64,000 nucleotides of DNA from a virus. The DNA is taken from positions 1-64,000 of IMG/VR virus record IMGVR_UViG_3300021963_000054. One strand, 5' to 3'. Made by a program: the position numbers and the translations under genes. Of this stretch, positions 25,426-36,233 are shown in pieces (position 1 is the first letter of the stretch; every line of letters starts with the position of its first letter). The notes beneath the pieces were generated by a model. The model did not search any database, was not told the origin of the DNA, and saw nothing but the letters and a program-made list of their open reading frames with translations.

Positions 25426-26764
25426 TAATCGTGTTTTACAGACAACACAATATACAATAAAGCCAAACGGTTTATCATTAGCAACTAAATTAGGTGTTAT
25501 TGACTTGACTGGTATGTTTGAAGAATTGAATATTTTTGACAGTATCTTTAATCCGTGCATGACTGGAACTATTCTTATACGAGATGCGAAAGGATTGTCA
25601 AATAAACTATCGTTTGATGGCTCAGAAATTCTTTTGATTGATATGGGAAAAACAGAAAACGAAGCAACAATTAAAAAATCGTTTAGAGTTTATAAGCAAA
25701 GTTCCCGTAAAACTGTAAATATAAGTACCGAACTTTATGTTCTACATTTCGTTTCAGATGAATTTATTCTATCACAGCAAATCAAAATATCAAAATCATA
25801 TCGGGACACTTATACCAATGTCGCTCTTGATATTCTAAAAAATTATTTGTTGGTAAATTCTGATGGATTATTCTTAATGGAATCATCAAAGGGAATAAGA
25901 ACGGTTGTTTTACCAAATAAAACTCCATTTGAATGTTTAGATTGGTGTTCAAAGAAAGCGGTTAATGATGATTTGTCACCAACATTCTTATTCTTTGAGA
26001 ATAAGTTTGGATATAATTTTTTGACAATATCAAGTATGTTGCAACAAAAAGCAATCCATGACATTAACTATCAGCCAAAAAATTTAGCATTGAAAGATTT
26101 GGAAGAAAATGAAATGATGGGTGCTAGATATCTTGAAGTTGTTTCTCAATTTGATTTGAATAAAAACATCAAGCATGGGGTTTATGCTGGTACATTCATT
26201 GGCTTTGATATTACCACACGAAATGTTGTTAAGAAAATAGTGGATTTTGATAGTGTGTATTCAACTGGCAATCATGCAAACAAAACACCAAACATAGGCG
26301 TTATTACAAATAAAGCTGGTATCAAAAATACCGAGATGTTTAACTCCAGAAGAGTTTTGTTTTCGTCTGGAATTTTCAATTCTGCAAGCAATTACATTAA
26401 AGAAAATGATCCATCATCCATTGATTCTGATGATGATACATACAACTATGTGATACAGAGAGAATCAGCTATCCGAAATTTGATGAATCAAAGATTGAAA
26501 GTTGTTATGCCAGGAAACTTTGATTTGATTTCTGGTACGAATGTGAACATAACAGTTCCAACAATCAGCGAACAATCTTCGGAAGATTCTCAAGATAACA
26601 CAGACAAAACAAAGAGTGGTAAATATTTGATTGTAGCTACCAGACAGATGATTACTTACGATAAGCATGAGACTATTATGGAAGTAGCAACAGATTCCAC
26701 AAACAAAGATACAGTTTATCAAAGCACACAGATACAAAACGATTTAGCGGACTTCTATGGATAA
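25418..26764 (+). CDS. Baseplate hub protein (gp27-like)
   Basis: Sits between gp53 and gp5; FLFFEN..GYNF, VMPGN, SGKYLIVA motifs. Confidence 0.7.
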   Translation: MSDNRVLQTTQYTIKPNGLSLATKLGVIDLTGMFEELNIFDSIFNPCMTGTILIRDAKGLSNKLSFDGSEILLIDMGKTENEATIKKSFRVYKQSSRKTVNISTELYVLHFVSDEFILSQQIKISKSYRDTYTNVALDILKNYLLVNSDGLFLMESSKGIRTVVLPNKTPFECLDWCSKKAVNDDLSPTFLFFENKFGYNFLTISSMLQQKAIHDINYQPKNLALKDLEENEMMGARYLEVVSQFDLNKNIKHGVYAGTFIGFDITTRNVVKKIVDFDSVYSTGNHANKTPNIGVITNKAGIKNTEMFNSRRVLFSSGIFNSASNYIKENDPSSIDSDDDTYNYVIQRESAIRNLMNQRLKVVMPGNFDLISGTNVNITVPTISEQSSEDSQDNTDKTKSGKYLIVATRQMITYDKHETIMEVATDSTNKDTVYQSTQIQNDLADFYG

Positions 26765-27878
26765 TAATTTTGCTGGCATGAATGGTTTTATTTGGTGGGT
26801 TGGTGTAGTTGAAAATCGCTACGATCCACTAAAGCTAGGACGTTTGCGTGTCAGAATTGTTGGCTGGCACAATGAAGATAAGAATGAATTAAAATCAGAA
26901 CACTTACCTTGGGCTGATGCGCTTACACCATTAACTCATACAAATGCATCACTTGATGTAAAAGAAGGCGATTGGGTTACTGGATTTTTTACTGATGGAA
27001 CTAATGCACAGAAGCCGGTTGTCTTCGGTCAATTGAATGGAATAAAATCCTCAGAATTTAATACGAATCAAGGATTTTCGCCACAGCTTACTGATGCACA
27101 AAAAGCAATACAGCCAAAAGCGGCTGATGCTATTGTGACGGAAAAACTGGATGAACCTACCACACCAAGAACAGCAAGAGGTGTAGTAGCTGGAACTCCA
27201 GTTGGCGTAGCAAATGAAAAACGAGCGCACGTTTGTGACATTAGAGAAGAAATGAAAATGGCAGCCGCTCTAGCAAGACTTAAATTTTCTCAATTGGTAC
27301 AAGCAATAAGAACAGCAGTAAGAGCAATTCTGGATGCGTTAGGAAATTCGCCAGATGGAATAGTGGCTAGATTTATTGAGATTGCAAAAGCCTTATTAAG
27401 AGATTTGAAATTCATACAATCTATCATAGAAGAAATTCGTGACTGGACGAGAGTGATTGTAGATTTTGCAAGAAAAGTTCGTGCTATGATTGATTGGATA
27501 TTAACGTTACCAAAAAAGTTATTAGCATTTCTGAAAGATTGTCTTGCTGAATTATACGCATCTTTGAAAACTGGAATAGCAGATTTATTTTCTCTTTCCG
27601 GCGGTGTCGGTGATAATACAGAATCTGGAATAACAGAAGCAATGGGAGTATTTGGAGAAATTGTAGATACAGCAAAATCAACAGTTCAAGCTGGTATTGA
27701 AGTTGTAGCCGCACCAGTTGCTATTGTGACCGCGTTTACTTCTCCAACTTCTGCGGCCGATATTACTAAAGCTGGAGATTTAGTTACCGGATATCTATCG
27801 GAGACCGCATTAAGTAACGCTTCTTCAAATACAATAAATGATATACAAAATAGTAGTTCTAATTTACAAATGGCTTAA
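26757..27878 (+). CDS. 5: Central spike gp5, N-terminal OB-fold part
   Basis: WWVGVVENRYDPLKLGRLRVRIVGWH, LPWA, GFFTDG..AQKPVV; helical C-terminal half; no lysozyme domain. Confidence 0.85.
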   Translation: MDNNFAGMNGFIWWVGVVENRYDPLKLGRLRVRIVGWHNEDKNELKSEHLPWADALTPLTHTNASLDVKEGDWVTGFFTDGTNAQKPVVFGQLNGIKSSEFNTNQGFSPQLTDAQKAIQPKAADAIVTEKLDEPTTPRTARGVVAGTPVGVANEKRAHVCDIREEMKMAAALARLKFSQLVQAIRTAVRAILDALGNSPDGIVARFIEIAKALLRDLKFIQSIIEEIRDWTRVIVDFARKVRAMIDWILTLPKKLLAFLKDCLAELYASLKTGIADLFSLSGGVGDNTESGITEAMGVFGEIVDTAKSTVQAGIEVVAAPVAIVTAFTSPTSAADITKAGDLVTGYLSETALSNASSNTINDIQNSSSNLQMA

Positions 27879-27881
27879 ATT

Positions 27882-28766
27882 ATGACAGATACATTAGCAA
27901 ATCCTGATGAATTAAACAAACCAGCCGAAGATGAATCTTGGACCGAAAGGGAGTCTGACGCTAGTGTTGAAAATCCACCAACTTATCCACATAACAAAGT
28001 TATGATGACCGAATCTGGTCATCTATTTGAAATGGATGATACACTTGGTCGTGAGAGAATTCGTCTACAACATGGTGGTGCAAAAAATAACGGCGTTGGT
28101 TCTTTCTTTGAAATGCATTCCAACGGCGACATGACCACAAAGATACAACGAGACAATTATGAAATTGTTCTTGGTAAAAATAGAGTATTGATTAAAGGCG
28201 TGTGTAATGTTACAATAGAGGGCGATTCTATCGTGCATGTTAAGGGTAATAAGTATGAGAGAATTGATGGTGATTTAGTTCAAGAAGTTCGTGGTAATGT
28301 TACACAAAATTTTAAAAAGAAAGCAAAGATTCTTTCCGACGGAGATATGTCTATAGGTTGTGGAGATCCAGCAACAGGAAAATTGTCTATATCAAATGGC
28401 GACCATACATACATACAAGGCGATTTAGTTGTTGCAGGATCAATTGAAGCAGACATGGTAACAGCAAAAACTAAAGTAAATGCGGGCAAACAAGTTAATG
28501 CTGGTCCTCTCGGTTTTGTTTCCGAGACGGGTGGACTTGCTGTGGGGTTTCCGGTAGCTATACCATATTGTATTACTGCTCCCGAGGGTTTTATATCTGC
28601 TGGAACAACAGTTTTTGCTGGCGTTTCTGTTGAAGCTCCTTTGGTCGCAGGCGTCATAGTTACCGATGTGCTTGGACCAATGCAAATGATGAGAGATATT
28701 TACAACTTCCACCAACACGCTGGTGTTCATGGAATTACTAGCGAACCGCTAGAACCTATGCTTTGA
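27882..28766 (+). CDS. Central spike gp5, C-terminal beta-helix part with HxH apex
   Basis: YPHNKV..TESGHLFEMDDT.GRERI..H, repeated V.G beta-helix strands, terminal FHQHAGVH. Confidence 0.8.
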   Translation: MTDTLANPDELNKPAEDESWTERESDASVENPPTYPHNKVMMTESGHLFEMDDTLGRERIRLQHGGAKNNGVGSFFEMHSNGDMTTKIQRDNYEIVLGKNRVLIKGVCNVTIEGDSIVHVKGNKYERIDGDLVQEVRGNVTQNFKKKAKILSDGDMSIGCGDPATGKLSISNGDHTYIQGDLVVAGSIEADMVTAKTKVNAGKQVNAGPLGFVSETGGLAVGFPVAIPYCITAPEGFISAGTTVFAGVSVEAPLVAGVIVTDVLGPMQMMRDIYNFHQHAGVHGITSEPLEPML

Positions 28767-28778
28767 TATGGAGATAAA

Positions 28779-29597
28779 ATGAGTAGCATTTTTGGTAAGT
28801 TAGGTTATAATTTTGATAGCACCAAATTTGGTGATTCTTTGGCTTTGCCCGATAAAGTTAAAAATTATTTGAATACTGCGCCTGTTAAGTTAGAAACTTG
28901 GCAACTAAATGATATCGCTAATGGAAATATTCAACTGACGGATTACTATAAAAATCCTGTTTTGAATATTTGTAATCAAATAATGGCGAATGTGAATACA
29001 ATAATTGCCGTGGTAGATACGATAACGACATACGATTCTCCGACGGCACAAGCTGTAATGACTACATTATCATCTAATGTTAACAGTACAATTATTGAAT
29101 TTCAAAAATTCATATCGCATACATCTAATGTATCCGGAGTTACCAATTCTAGAAAAACAGCAGGAACTGATATTGATTATCCAGACTATAATAAAGCAGT
29201 AAACTTGGGACAGCAATTGTTGTTATTGACAAATCAATCAGATTCTGTACAAAATTCTACGCCATTGTTGGGCAGTATGACCAGTTTGTTTGTTGGTAAT
29301 GATTTAGCCGCAAACTTAATAGTTTTTCTTTCCGATTTAAGCACATTGAATGCCAGTATTCGCCCAGTAACAACATCAAACATAACATTAAGTCAAGCAA
29401 CCGCAATATTATCCCACATTAACACAGCAAACAATTTGGTGACAACCAGAAAAGACCATGATTTTAATTTCTATAGAAATGGCCAAATTGTAATGACCGA
29501 TTACAATAAAGTTAGTCGTTTGACTAAACTTGGAAATACGCAGACTTATTTGGTGAATAATTTGATAGGCACAGACAAGTATAAAGATAACATCTAA
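28779..29597 (+). CDS. Hypothetical virion/baseplate protein
   Basis: 272 aa, GGAG RBS, inside the baseplate operon. Confidence 0.7.
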   Translation: MSSIFGKLGYNFDSTKFGDSLALPDKVKNYLNTAPVKLETWQLNDIANGNIQLTDYYKNPVLNICNQIMANVNTIIAVVDTITTYDSPTAQAVMTTLSSNVNSTIIEFQKFISHTSNVSGVTNSRKTAGTDIDYPDYNKAVNLGQQLLLLTNQSDSVQNSTPLLGSMTSLFVGNDLAANLIVFLSDLSTLNASIRPVTTSNITLSQATAILSHINTANNLVTTRKDHDFNFYRNGQIVMTDYNKVSRLTKLGNTQTYLVNNLIGTDKYKDNI

Positions 29598-29617
29598 GTA
29601 ACTAAGATAAATAGAAC

Positions 29618-30022
29618 ATGGCCACAGTAGTAACAGCAACAACTAGAAAATATAAAGACCTGGACTTGGCTTTTATGGCTCATCCTATAAAAAAGGATGT
29701 AAATAAGCACGTGGACGAGATGGCGGTAATCAATTCAGTTAAGAATTTGATTTCAACTTCTCGGTATGAAAGACCTTTCCAGCCTCAATTGGGATCCGGT
29801 GTTCGTAACTTGCTATTTGAAAACATGGATTCCATAACATCTTCCGCATTGAAGCGTGAGATTGTGCAGACTTTAGAAAACTATGAGCCAAGAGTTATCG
29901 TGAAAAGTGTAGCAGTATCGCCAGATTATGAAAACAATTCTTACAGTATTGGTATGACATTTTTGATAGTCAATAGAACAGACCCAATAACAATAAACTT
30001 CTTCTTACAACGAGACAGATAA
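29618..30022 (+). CDS. 25: Baseplate wedge protein gp25
   Basis: YKDLDL, SVKNLI, ERPFQPQLGS, LLFE, NYEPRV. Confidence 0.93.
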   Translation: MATVVTATTRKYKDLDLAFMAHPIKKDVNKHVDEMAVINSVKNLISTSRYERPFQPQLGSGVRNLLFENMDSITSSALKREIVQTLENYEPRVIVKSVAVSPDYENNSYSIGMTFLIVNRTDPITINFFLQRDR

Positions 30023-30023
30023 G

Positions 30024-32096
30024 ATGGCTGACCGTTTAACCGTAACCGAATTAGATTTTGATTCTATCAAAACTAATCTTAGAAATTTTCTAAGACAACA
30101 AACTGAATTTCAAGACTATGATTTTGAAGGTTCTGGACTAAGTGTTCTATTGGACATTCTAGCATACAATACTCACTACAATGCATATTACTTAAATATG
30201 ATTGCCAATGAAGCATTCTTGGATAGTGCTTCTCTTAGAAATTCAGTTGTTTCACATGCAAAACGAGTTGGATATACACCACGTTCAGCTAGAGCGCCAA
30301 GAGCAATTGTTAATGTAACTGTAGAAACAACAAATGCTACGCCAGGATCACTAACTCTTCCTAGAGGATACGCATTCTCATCTTCACAATTAGATGGCGT
30401 ATCATACAAGTTTGTTACCGTAGAATCCACAACAGTTTCTAAAACAGCAAATAATTTTGTTTTCACAAATGTTCCAATCTATCAGGGACAACTTGTTTCA
30501 TACTCTTATACAAACAGTTATTTTTCTAACCCAAAACAACTGTTTACAATACCAGATGCAAACATTGATACTACAACTTTGAGAGTTTCGGTGAAACAGT
30601 CTGCTTCAAATACAGAAACTGTGGTTTATGATTTGTCTACGAATGCTCTTACGGTAGATTCAGCATCAGAAGTTTATTACCTACAAGAAGGCAAAAACAG
30701 TCAGTATGAAATTTATTTTGGTGATAACACCTTAGGAAAAAAGATACCGGATGGTGGTGTAATTACCTTAGAATATTTGATTACCAGCGCAGATGCATCA
30801 AACAAAGCAAATAGTTTTGTTTCTTCTACAACAGTTGGTGGTTATAGTTTAATTTCCGTAAATTCAATTTCTGCGGCTGCTGGTGGTGTTACCAGAGAAT
30901 CTGTAGATTCAATTAAGTTTGCGGCACCTCTTGCTCTACTATCACAGAATCGTGCTGTGACCAAGAATGACTACATCAAGTTAATTCAACAAAACTATCC
31001 AGCTTTTGAAGCTGTGAATGTGTGGGGCGGAGAAGAAAATGATCCACCAGTCTTTGGTAAAGTATTCGTGTCAGCCAAGCCAAAATTAGGTTTTGAAGTT
31101 TCAGACACGGAAAAAGATTTTGTAAAAAATACAATATTGAAGCCAATCAGTATGTTGACAATTACACCAGAAATTGTTGATATTGATTACAATTATTTAA
31201 AAGTAGAATCAAGCGTTTTCTATGACAAATCAAAGTTATCATTAAACGATTCCGAATTGAAAAGTGCAATAGTAACTTTGATTAAGAATTACACAGCTAC
31301 AAATTTGAATCAATTCAACACTTATTTTAGATATTCTGGACTTGAGACAGCGATTGATAATTTTGATAGGTCAATCATATCAAATGAAATAAGTTTGTTT
31401 GTTGCCAAGAAGTTTAGACCCGATTTGATTAATTCGGATAGTTATATTTTGGATTTTGGTTTTGAATTGGCTAGAGGCACAACAAACGATAATTTCTATT
31501 CAACACCAGACTTTACAATGACTGATGAAGATGGCGTTTCACGCCAATGCTTCTTTGAAGAAGTTCCATCATCATTCTCAGGTCTTGAATCTGTAACGGT
31601 AATTAATCCTGGCTTCAATTACACATCAACACCAAAAGTTACGATTGTTGGTGATGGAGAAGGTGCTGTAGCAGTGGCTGAAATAGTTAATGGAAAATTG
31701 AACAAAATTACTGTCACAAATCCAGGCATTGGATACACCACAGCAGCCGTTCAAATCACTGGCGGTGGTGGATCTTTAGGTGCTGGATTGGCTGTGCTTG
31801 AAGGTCGTTATGGACAAATCAGAATTTCATACTTCAAGCCAGATGAAATCAGTAGTCAAAGTACAAAAGTTATTTTGAACAAAAATAAAAACAATGGTGT
31901 AACTGGTGTTATTGATTATACATTGGGTAGAATAACAATCAGTAATTTTAATCCGACGGCAGTTAACAATGACTTCGGCGATATCATGGTTCACATTAAG
32001 CCAAAGATTAGCATCATTCAATCTAAATTAAATAAAATGCTTGTTCTGGATGCAGATGATCCTACCAGCGTTGTTGTTAAAACTACTACAATTTAA
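30024..32096 (+). CDS. 6: Baseplate wedge protein gp6
   Basis: ELDFDSIK, DYDFEGS, LAYNTHY, QNRAVT..DY, WGGEENDPP. Confidence 0.95.
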   Translation: MADRLTVTELDFDSIKTNLRNFLRQQTEFQDYDFEGSGLSVLLDILAYNTHYNAYYLNMIANEAFLDSASLRNSVVSHAKRVGYTPRSARAPRAIVNVTVETTNATPGSLTLPRGYAFSSSQLDGVSYKFVTVESTTVSKTANNFVFTNVPIYQGQLVSYSYTNSYFSNPKQLFTIPDANIDTTTLRVSVKQSASNTETVVYDLSTNALTVDSASEVYYLQEGKNSQYEIYFGDNTLGKKIPDGGVITLEYLITSADASNKANSFVSSTTVGGYSLISVNSISAAAGGVTRESVDSIKFAAPLALLSQNRAVTKNDYIKLIQQNYPAFEAVNVWGGEENDPPVFGKVFVSAKPKLGFEVSDTEKDFVKNTILKPISMLTITPEIVDIDYNYLKVESSVFYDKSKLSLNDSELKSAIVTLIKNYTATNLNQFNTYFRYSGLETAIDNFDRSIISNEISLFVAKKFRPDLINSDSYILDFGFELARGTTNDNFYSTPDFTMTDEDGVSRQCFFEEVPSSFSGLESVTVINPGFNYTSTPKVTIVGDGEGAVAVAEIVNGKLNKITVTNPGIGYTTAAVQITGGGGSLGAGLAVLEGRYGQIRISYFKPDEISSQSTKVILNKNKNNGVTGVIDYTLGRITISNFNPTAVNNDFGDIMVHIKPKISIIQSKLNKMLVLDADDPTSVVVKTTTI

Positions 32097-34885
32097 TGGA
32101 AAACGTTCGCACATCAAACCTGGTATCTTCACAGTTACCAGATTTCGTAAGAAGTGACTATCCAAAATTTGTCACATTCTTAGAGAAATACTATGAATGG
32201 CTGGAAACTACAAATAGCGTTTCCTTTGAAATTGATGCATTACGTAATGCAAATGATATTGATAGTTCTGATGACTATTACATTGAACAACTAAAGAAGG
32301 ATTTAGCTCCTTATTTTCCTCAAGAGATTGTAACCGACAAAAGACTTTTCTTAAAGTTGGTAACTCAATTTTATAAATCCAGCGGAACACAAGAATCTGT
32401 TAAGTTCCTTTTCAGAGCATTGTATAATGAAAACATTGATATCTACTATCCAAAAGAAGATATTTTAAAAACTTCTGATGGTAAATGGGTTTTGCCTTTA
32501 GCCCTTAGAATTGACACCAATGATAACAACATTTTCAACATTGCAAAAACTTTAATTACCGGACAAACTTCAAAAGCTACTGCTTTGGTTGAAAAAGTAA
32601 TTCAATCTGTTGACCGTCAACTTGGTATTACATATACTGAAATTTATGTTTCAAACGTTCAGAGACTGTTTACAACAGGCGAAAGAATAACAGCAACGTA
32701 TGTTGATGAAGATACTGGTCTAAACGTTACTGTTGGCGGTCGTTTGATTGGTGCTCTATCAGAAATAAAAATAAATCCGAACAATAGAGGTCTTTTTTAT
32801 AACGCATATGATCCTGAAACTGGATATGATGGAGATCCTGTTAGTATTGTTGGTGGTTTAAACCCTGTTGCAAATACTCCAGTTGGCGCTGTTGCTTATG
32901 TTGGAGTAACAACAAAGGGTGGTATTACCGATATCATTGTGGAAAAAAGTGGATTTGGATTTAGAGATCCTGCAATAAATTTGAATTCTTCAATCATTGA
33001 CTTCAAAGGCGGTTTTGCCAATACAGTTTTTGGTACAGAAGCAAAAGCCTCTATTAATCTTTTAGACACTTCAGTTTCAAGGAAATTAAATGTCTCAAAT
33101 ATGTCCATTCAAACATTACATGGTTTGCATCCAAATGTTGCAAACGTGGAAAATGTTACGGTAGCAAATGCATCAACATTTGATGCGTTCACAGTTTTTC
33201 CAATTTCATTCGTTATAGTTGATGGCTCCGGCGGTGGTTATCGTCAAAAGCCAACCGTTGAAACTTATAGTTTTTACAATGAAGACTATGATGACATTTT
33301 AGTATGTACTGCAAGAAACATCGTAGCAGGAACATCCCTTATAAATGATACTACACAAAACTTAACAGTTTCTTTTGAGACTGGTGACTATGTTAGATTG
33401 TTTATCAATAATAAATTTGAAGCAATTCGTGAAGTTTCTTCCGTAGATACGAATAATTTATATTTTGCTGAATCATTTCCTAATGATTTATCTGGAGTAT
33501 CCGTTTATAAAGTTCTAAGAAATGATTTATATAAAATCGGATCACTTGGCAGAATAACCATAAACAGTGGTGGTACAAATTACGCAAATGGCGATATTTT
33601 AATTTTTACTGGTGGTTCTGGATATGGAGCAAATGCATTTGTGAACGTTGCTCCGGGCGGCATAATTACTTCTGTAACAATGAATAATCATTCGTCAAAC
33701 GCTTTTGTTATTGGCGGCGAGGGATATAAAAGAGACTCATTGCCAACAATTACCATACAATCATCATCTGGCACAAGTGCTAATCTATCTGTCTCAGAGA
33801 TAACTGGCGATGGTGAGCAATATGGATTGACCACATCAAGAATTGGCGCAATAACATCATTGAGAGTTAGCAGTTATGGTTATGATTATGTTGAAGCTCC
33901 AACAGTCTCTTTGAGAAATGCGGACATTATATTGAATAGTGTTACAGAAGGACAATTGTTTGTTTCAAATACCTCAATTTATCAAGGCACATCAAACATT
34001 AGTTCTTCATTTAGCGCAACAGTGGATTCATATAATTCTGGAACTACAACTCTTAGAATATTTAATTATCGTGGCGTTTTTGACGCAACTAAAGTTATCA
34101 AGTCGGATGATGGAACAGTTACCGGAAATGTAACCTCATCGTTATTTTATGGTGATGGTAACGCAAAAGCTACAGCAAACTTTGAAAATGGATTGATTCG
34201 TTATCCAGGTATTTACTTGAATACTGATGGACAAATTAGTGCGGATAAGAAGTTGCAAGATGGCGAAAAATATCATAACTTCTCATACATTATTAAATCA
34301 CAAACCGACTATTCTAAGTTTAAGAAACCACTAAACGATATTGTACATCCTATTGGAACAAAAACTTTTATCACCAAGATTGACAACAATGAAGAAATGT
34401 TGGCTCAAGTTAACACTTCGTCTTTTATAACAATCACTTCACTCGCCGATACTTACAATATTGCCAATGGCTCTAATAAAATTATTACCACAAATACCAG
34501 CGCAAATCTACAGGCAACGGTTAATGTGGGCGATTTAATCCTTCTGTCAAATGTCCATAGAAGATTGCAAAATACAGTTAATGTTGTTTCAGGATCAAAC
34601 ATCTTGTTTGGTGCGGCTAACAGTGTCAATTTCATAAATGACCTGCAAGACGGCGATACGATATATTTGTCTACCGGTAATACTGTGACAATTAAAGAAG
34701 TCACCAATTCTTCTTTTGCTATACTAGACACCATAATTAATGTAACATCAACTTCAGCGACTGTTAATCTTGTTTATACTGCTACTGTCAGGGCTAATTC
34801 CAGAAATGCAAATACTATTTTTGCAAGTAGCATATTTACATCAAACGGTAGCAATTTGAGCGCAACCATTCAAAAAGTTAGATAA
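32096..34885 (+). CDS. 7: Baseplate wedge protein gp7-like
   Basis: QLPDFVRSDYPKFVTFLEKYYEW, FYKSSGT, LKTSDGKW, LQD..YHNFSY, VHPIG; follows gp6. Confidence 0.8.
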   Translation: MENVRTSNLVSSQLPDFVRSDYPKFVTFLEKYYEWLETTNSVSFEIDALRNANDIDSSDDYYIEQLKKDLAPYFPQEIVTDKRLFLKLVTQFYKSSGTQESVKFLFRALYNENIDIYYPKEDILKTSDGKWVLPLALRIDTNDNNIFNIAKTLITGQTSKATALVEKVIQSVDRQLGITYTEIYVSNVQRLFTTGERITATYVDEDTGLNVTVGGRLIGALSEIKINPNNRGLFYNAYDPETGYDGDPVSIVGGLNPVANTPVGAVAYVGVTTKGGITDIIVEKSGFGFRDPAINLNSSIIDFKGGFANTVFGTEAKASINLLDTSVSRKLNVSNMSIQTLHGLHPNVANVENVTVANASTFDAFTVFPISFVIVDGSGGGYRQKPTVETYSFYNEDYDDILVCTARNIVAGTSLINDTTQNLTVSFETGDYVRLFINNKFEAIREVSSVDTNNLYFAESFPNDLSGVSVYKVLRNDLYKIGSLGRITINSGGTNYANGDILIFTGGSGYGANAFVNVAPGGIITSVTMNNHSSNAFVIGGEGYKRDSLPTITIQSSSGTSANLSVSEITGDGEQYGLTTSRIGAITSLRVSSYGYDYVEAPTVSLRNADIILNSVTEGQLFVSNTSIYQGTSNISSSFSATVDSYNSGTTTLRIFNYRGVFDATKVIKSDDGTVTGNVTSSLFYGDGNAKATANFENGLIRYPGIYLNTDGQISADKKLQDGEKYHNFSYIIKSQTDYSKFKKPLNDIVHPIGTKTFITKIDNNEEMLAQVNTSSFITITSLADTYNIANGSNKIITTNTSANLQATVNVGDLILLSNVHRRLQNTVNVVSGSNILFGAANSVNFINDLQDGDTIYLSTGNTVTIKEVTNSSFAILDTIINVTSTSATVNLVYTATVRANSRNANTIFASSIFTSNGSNLSATIQKVR

Positions 34886-34893
34886 ATAGAAAC

Positions 34894-36222
34894 ATGTCAG
34901 CACTCTTAACTAAAAATTTCAAAATTTTGATGGCAGAGCAAGTCTATAACCTGTTGGACTTGGGTGCAAATTCATACTTGCCCGCCGAAAAAAAATCTTA
35001 TATGTATGCCTTTTTTGGTAGACATTTACCATGGAATTCAGGCACTGAGGTAGAAGGAAGTCCTTCGGAAACCGATGCGGCTATAAATGATTACTACAAG
35101 CGTGGTGTTCTTGCAAAACAAATATCTTTAGAAAACGCATCTCTTGTTATTCCAAGAAATGATTGGGTTTCAAATACCGTATATAACACGTATGAAGCCA
35201 ATACAAATTTTTATGTAATAAATTCTAAGGATCAAGTTTTTAAGTGTCTTTCAAATGTTTCGCCAGGTACAGCTTCTACAGTATCACCAGAATTGACGCT
35301 ATCAACAACATCACTAGAAGAACCTTATGTTGAGACTTCCGATTTTTACAAATGGAAGTACATGTACACATTAACATCTGTACAGAAACAAAAATTCTTA
35401 ACTGATGATTGGATGCCAGTATCAGTAAACAAGTTTGTACGAGCCGCAGCCGAACCAGGCTCAATTGATATTGTGACTGTAACAAATTCTGGTAATAATT
35501 ACACAGTTGGTACTGTACAAAACATCATTACGATTGATGGCGATGGAACAGGTGCAGTATTGAAAGCCAACGTTTCTGGTGGTAAAGTACAAAATATAGT
35601 TATTCAAAATCGTGGAAATTATTACACTTATGCCAATCTAACTTTTACTGATGTTACTGGTGGAATAGGAACATTGGCGACTGCTGAAGTCTCAATCGCT
35701 CCACATAATGGTCATGGTTATGAGCCCGCTTATGAGTTGGGTGGTTCTACAATAATGTTTAATGTGGAATTTGACCAAGATGAGGGTGGAGTATTACCTG
35801 TGGATAATGATTTCCGTGAAGTTGTCATTTTACGAAATCCATACAAATATGGCACAACATCATTAGCCACCGCACAAACATATTCTTTATACACTCTTAT
35901 TAAAGTGTCGCCAGGTGTTGGTGATTTTAATAATGACGAAGTTGTTTATCAGGGAGCAACATACGGCAGTGCGACATTTACGGCTGACGTAATTTCATTT
36001 AGTGAAACACCAAACTTATTGTATCTAAACAATGTTCGTGGAACATTACAAACAAATCAAGCGATTAGAGGTTTGCAAACCGGCGCTATTCGTATCGTAA
36101 ATTCCGTAACAAATCCAACTCTCGATTTGTACTCCGGAAAGATATTATACATATCAGATAAATTACCAATTACAAGAGATCCAGCCCAAACCGAACGAAT
36201 TCGTTTCATTTTGAGTTTCTAA
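34894..36222 (+). CDS. 8: Baseplate wedge protein gp8
   Basis: IPRNDW, FYVINS...VFKCLSN, YKWKYMY, WMPV, GHG, ELG. Confidence 0.85.
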   Translation: MSALLTKNFKILMAEQVYNLLDLGANSYLPAEKKSYMYAFFGRHLPWNSGTEVEGSPSETDAAINDYYKRGVLAKQISLENASLVIPRNDWVSNTVYNTYEANTNFYVINSKDQVFKCLSNVSPGTASTVSPELTLSTTSLEEPYVETSDFYKWKYMYTLTSVQKQKFLTDDWMPVSVNKFVRAAAEPGSIDIVTVTNSGNNYTVGTVQNIITIDGDGTGAVLKANVSGGKVQNIVIQNRGNYYTYANLTFTDVTGGIGTLATAEVSIAPHNGHGYEPAYELGGSTIMFNVEFDQDEGGVLPVDNDFREVVILRNPYKYGTTSLATAQTYSLYTLIKVSPGVGDFNNDEVVYQGATYGSATFTADVISFSETPNLLYLNNVRGTLQTNQAIRGLQTGAIRIVNSVTNPTLDLYSGKILYISDKLPITRDPAQTERIRFILSF

Positions 36223-36233
36223 ACGAGGAATAA

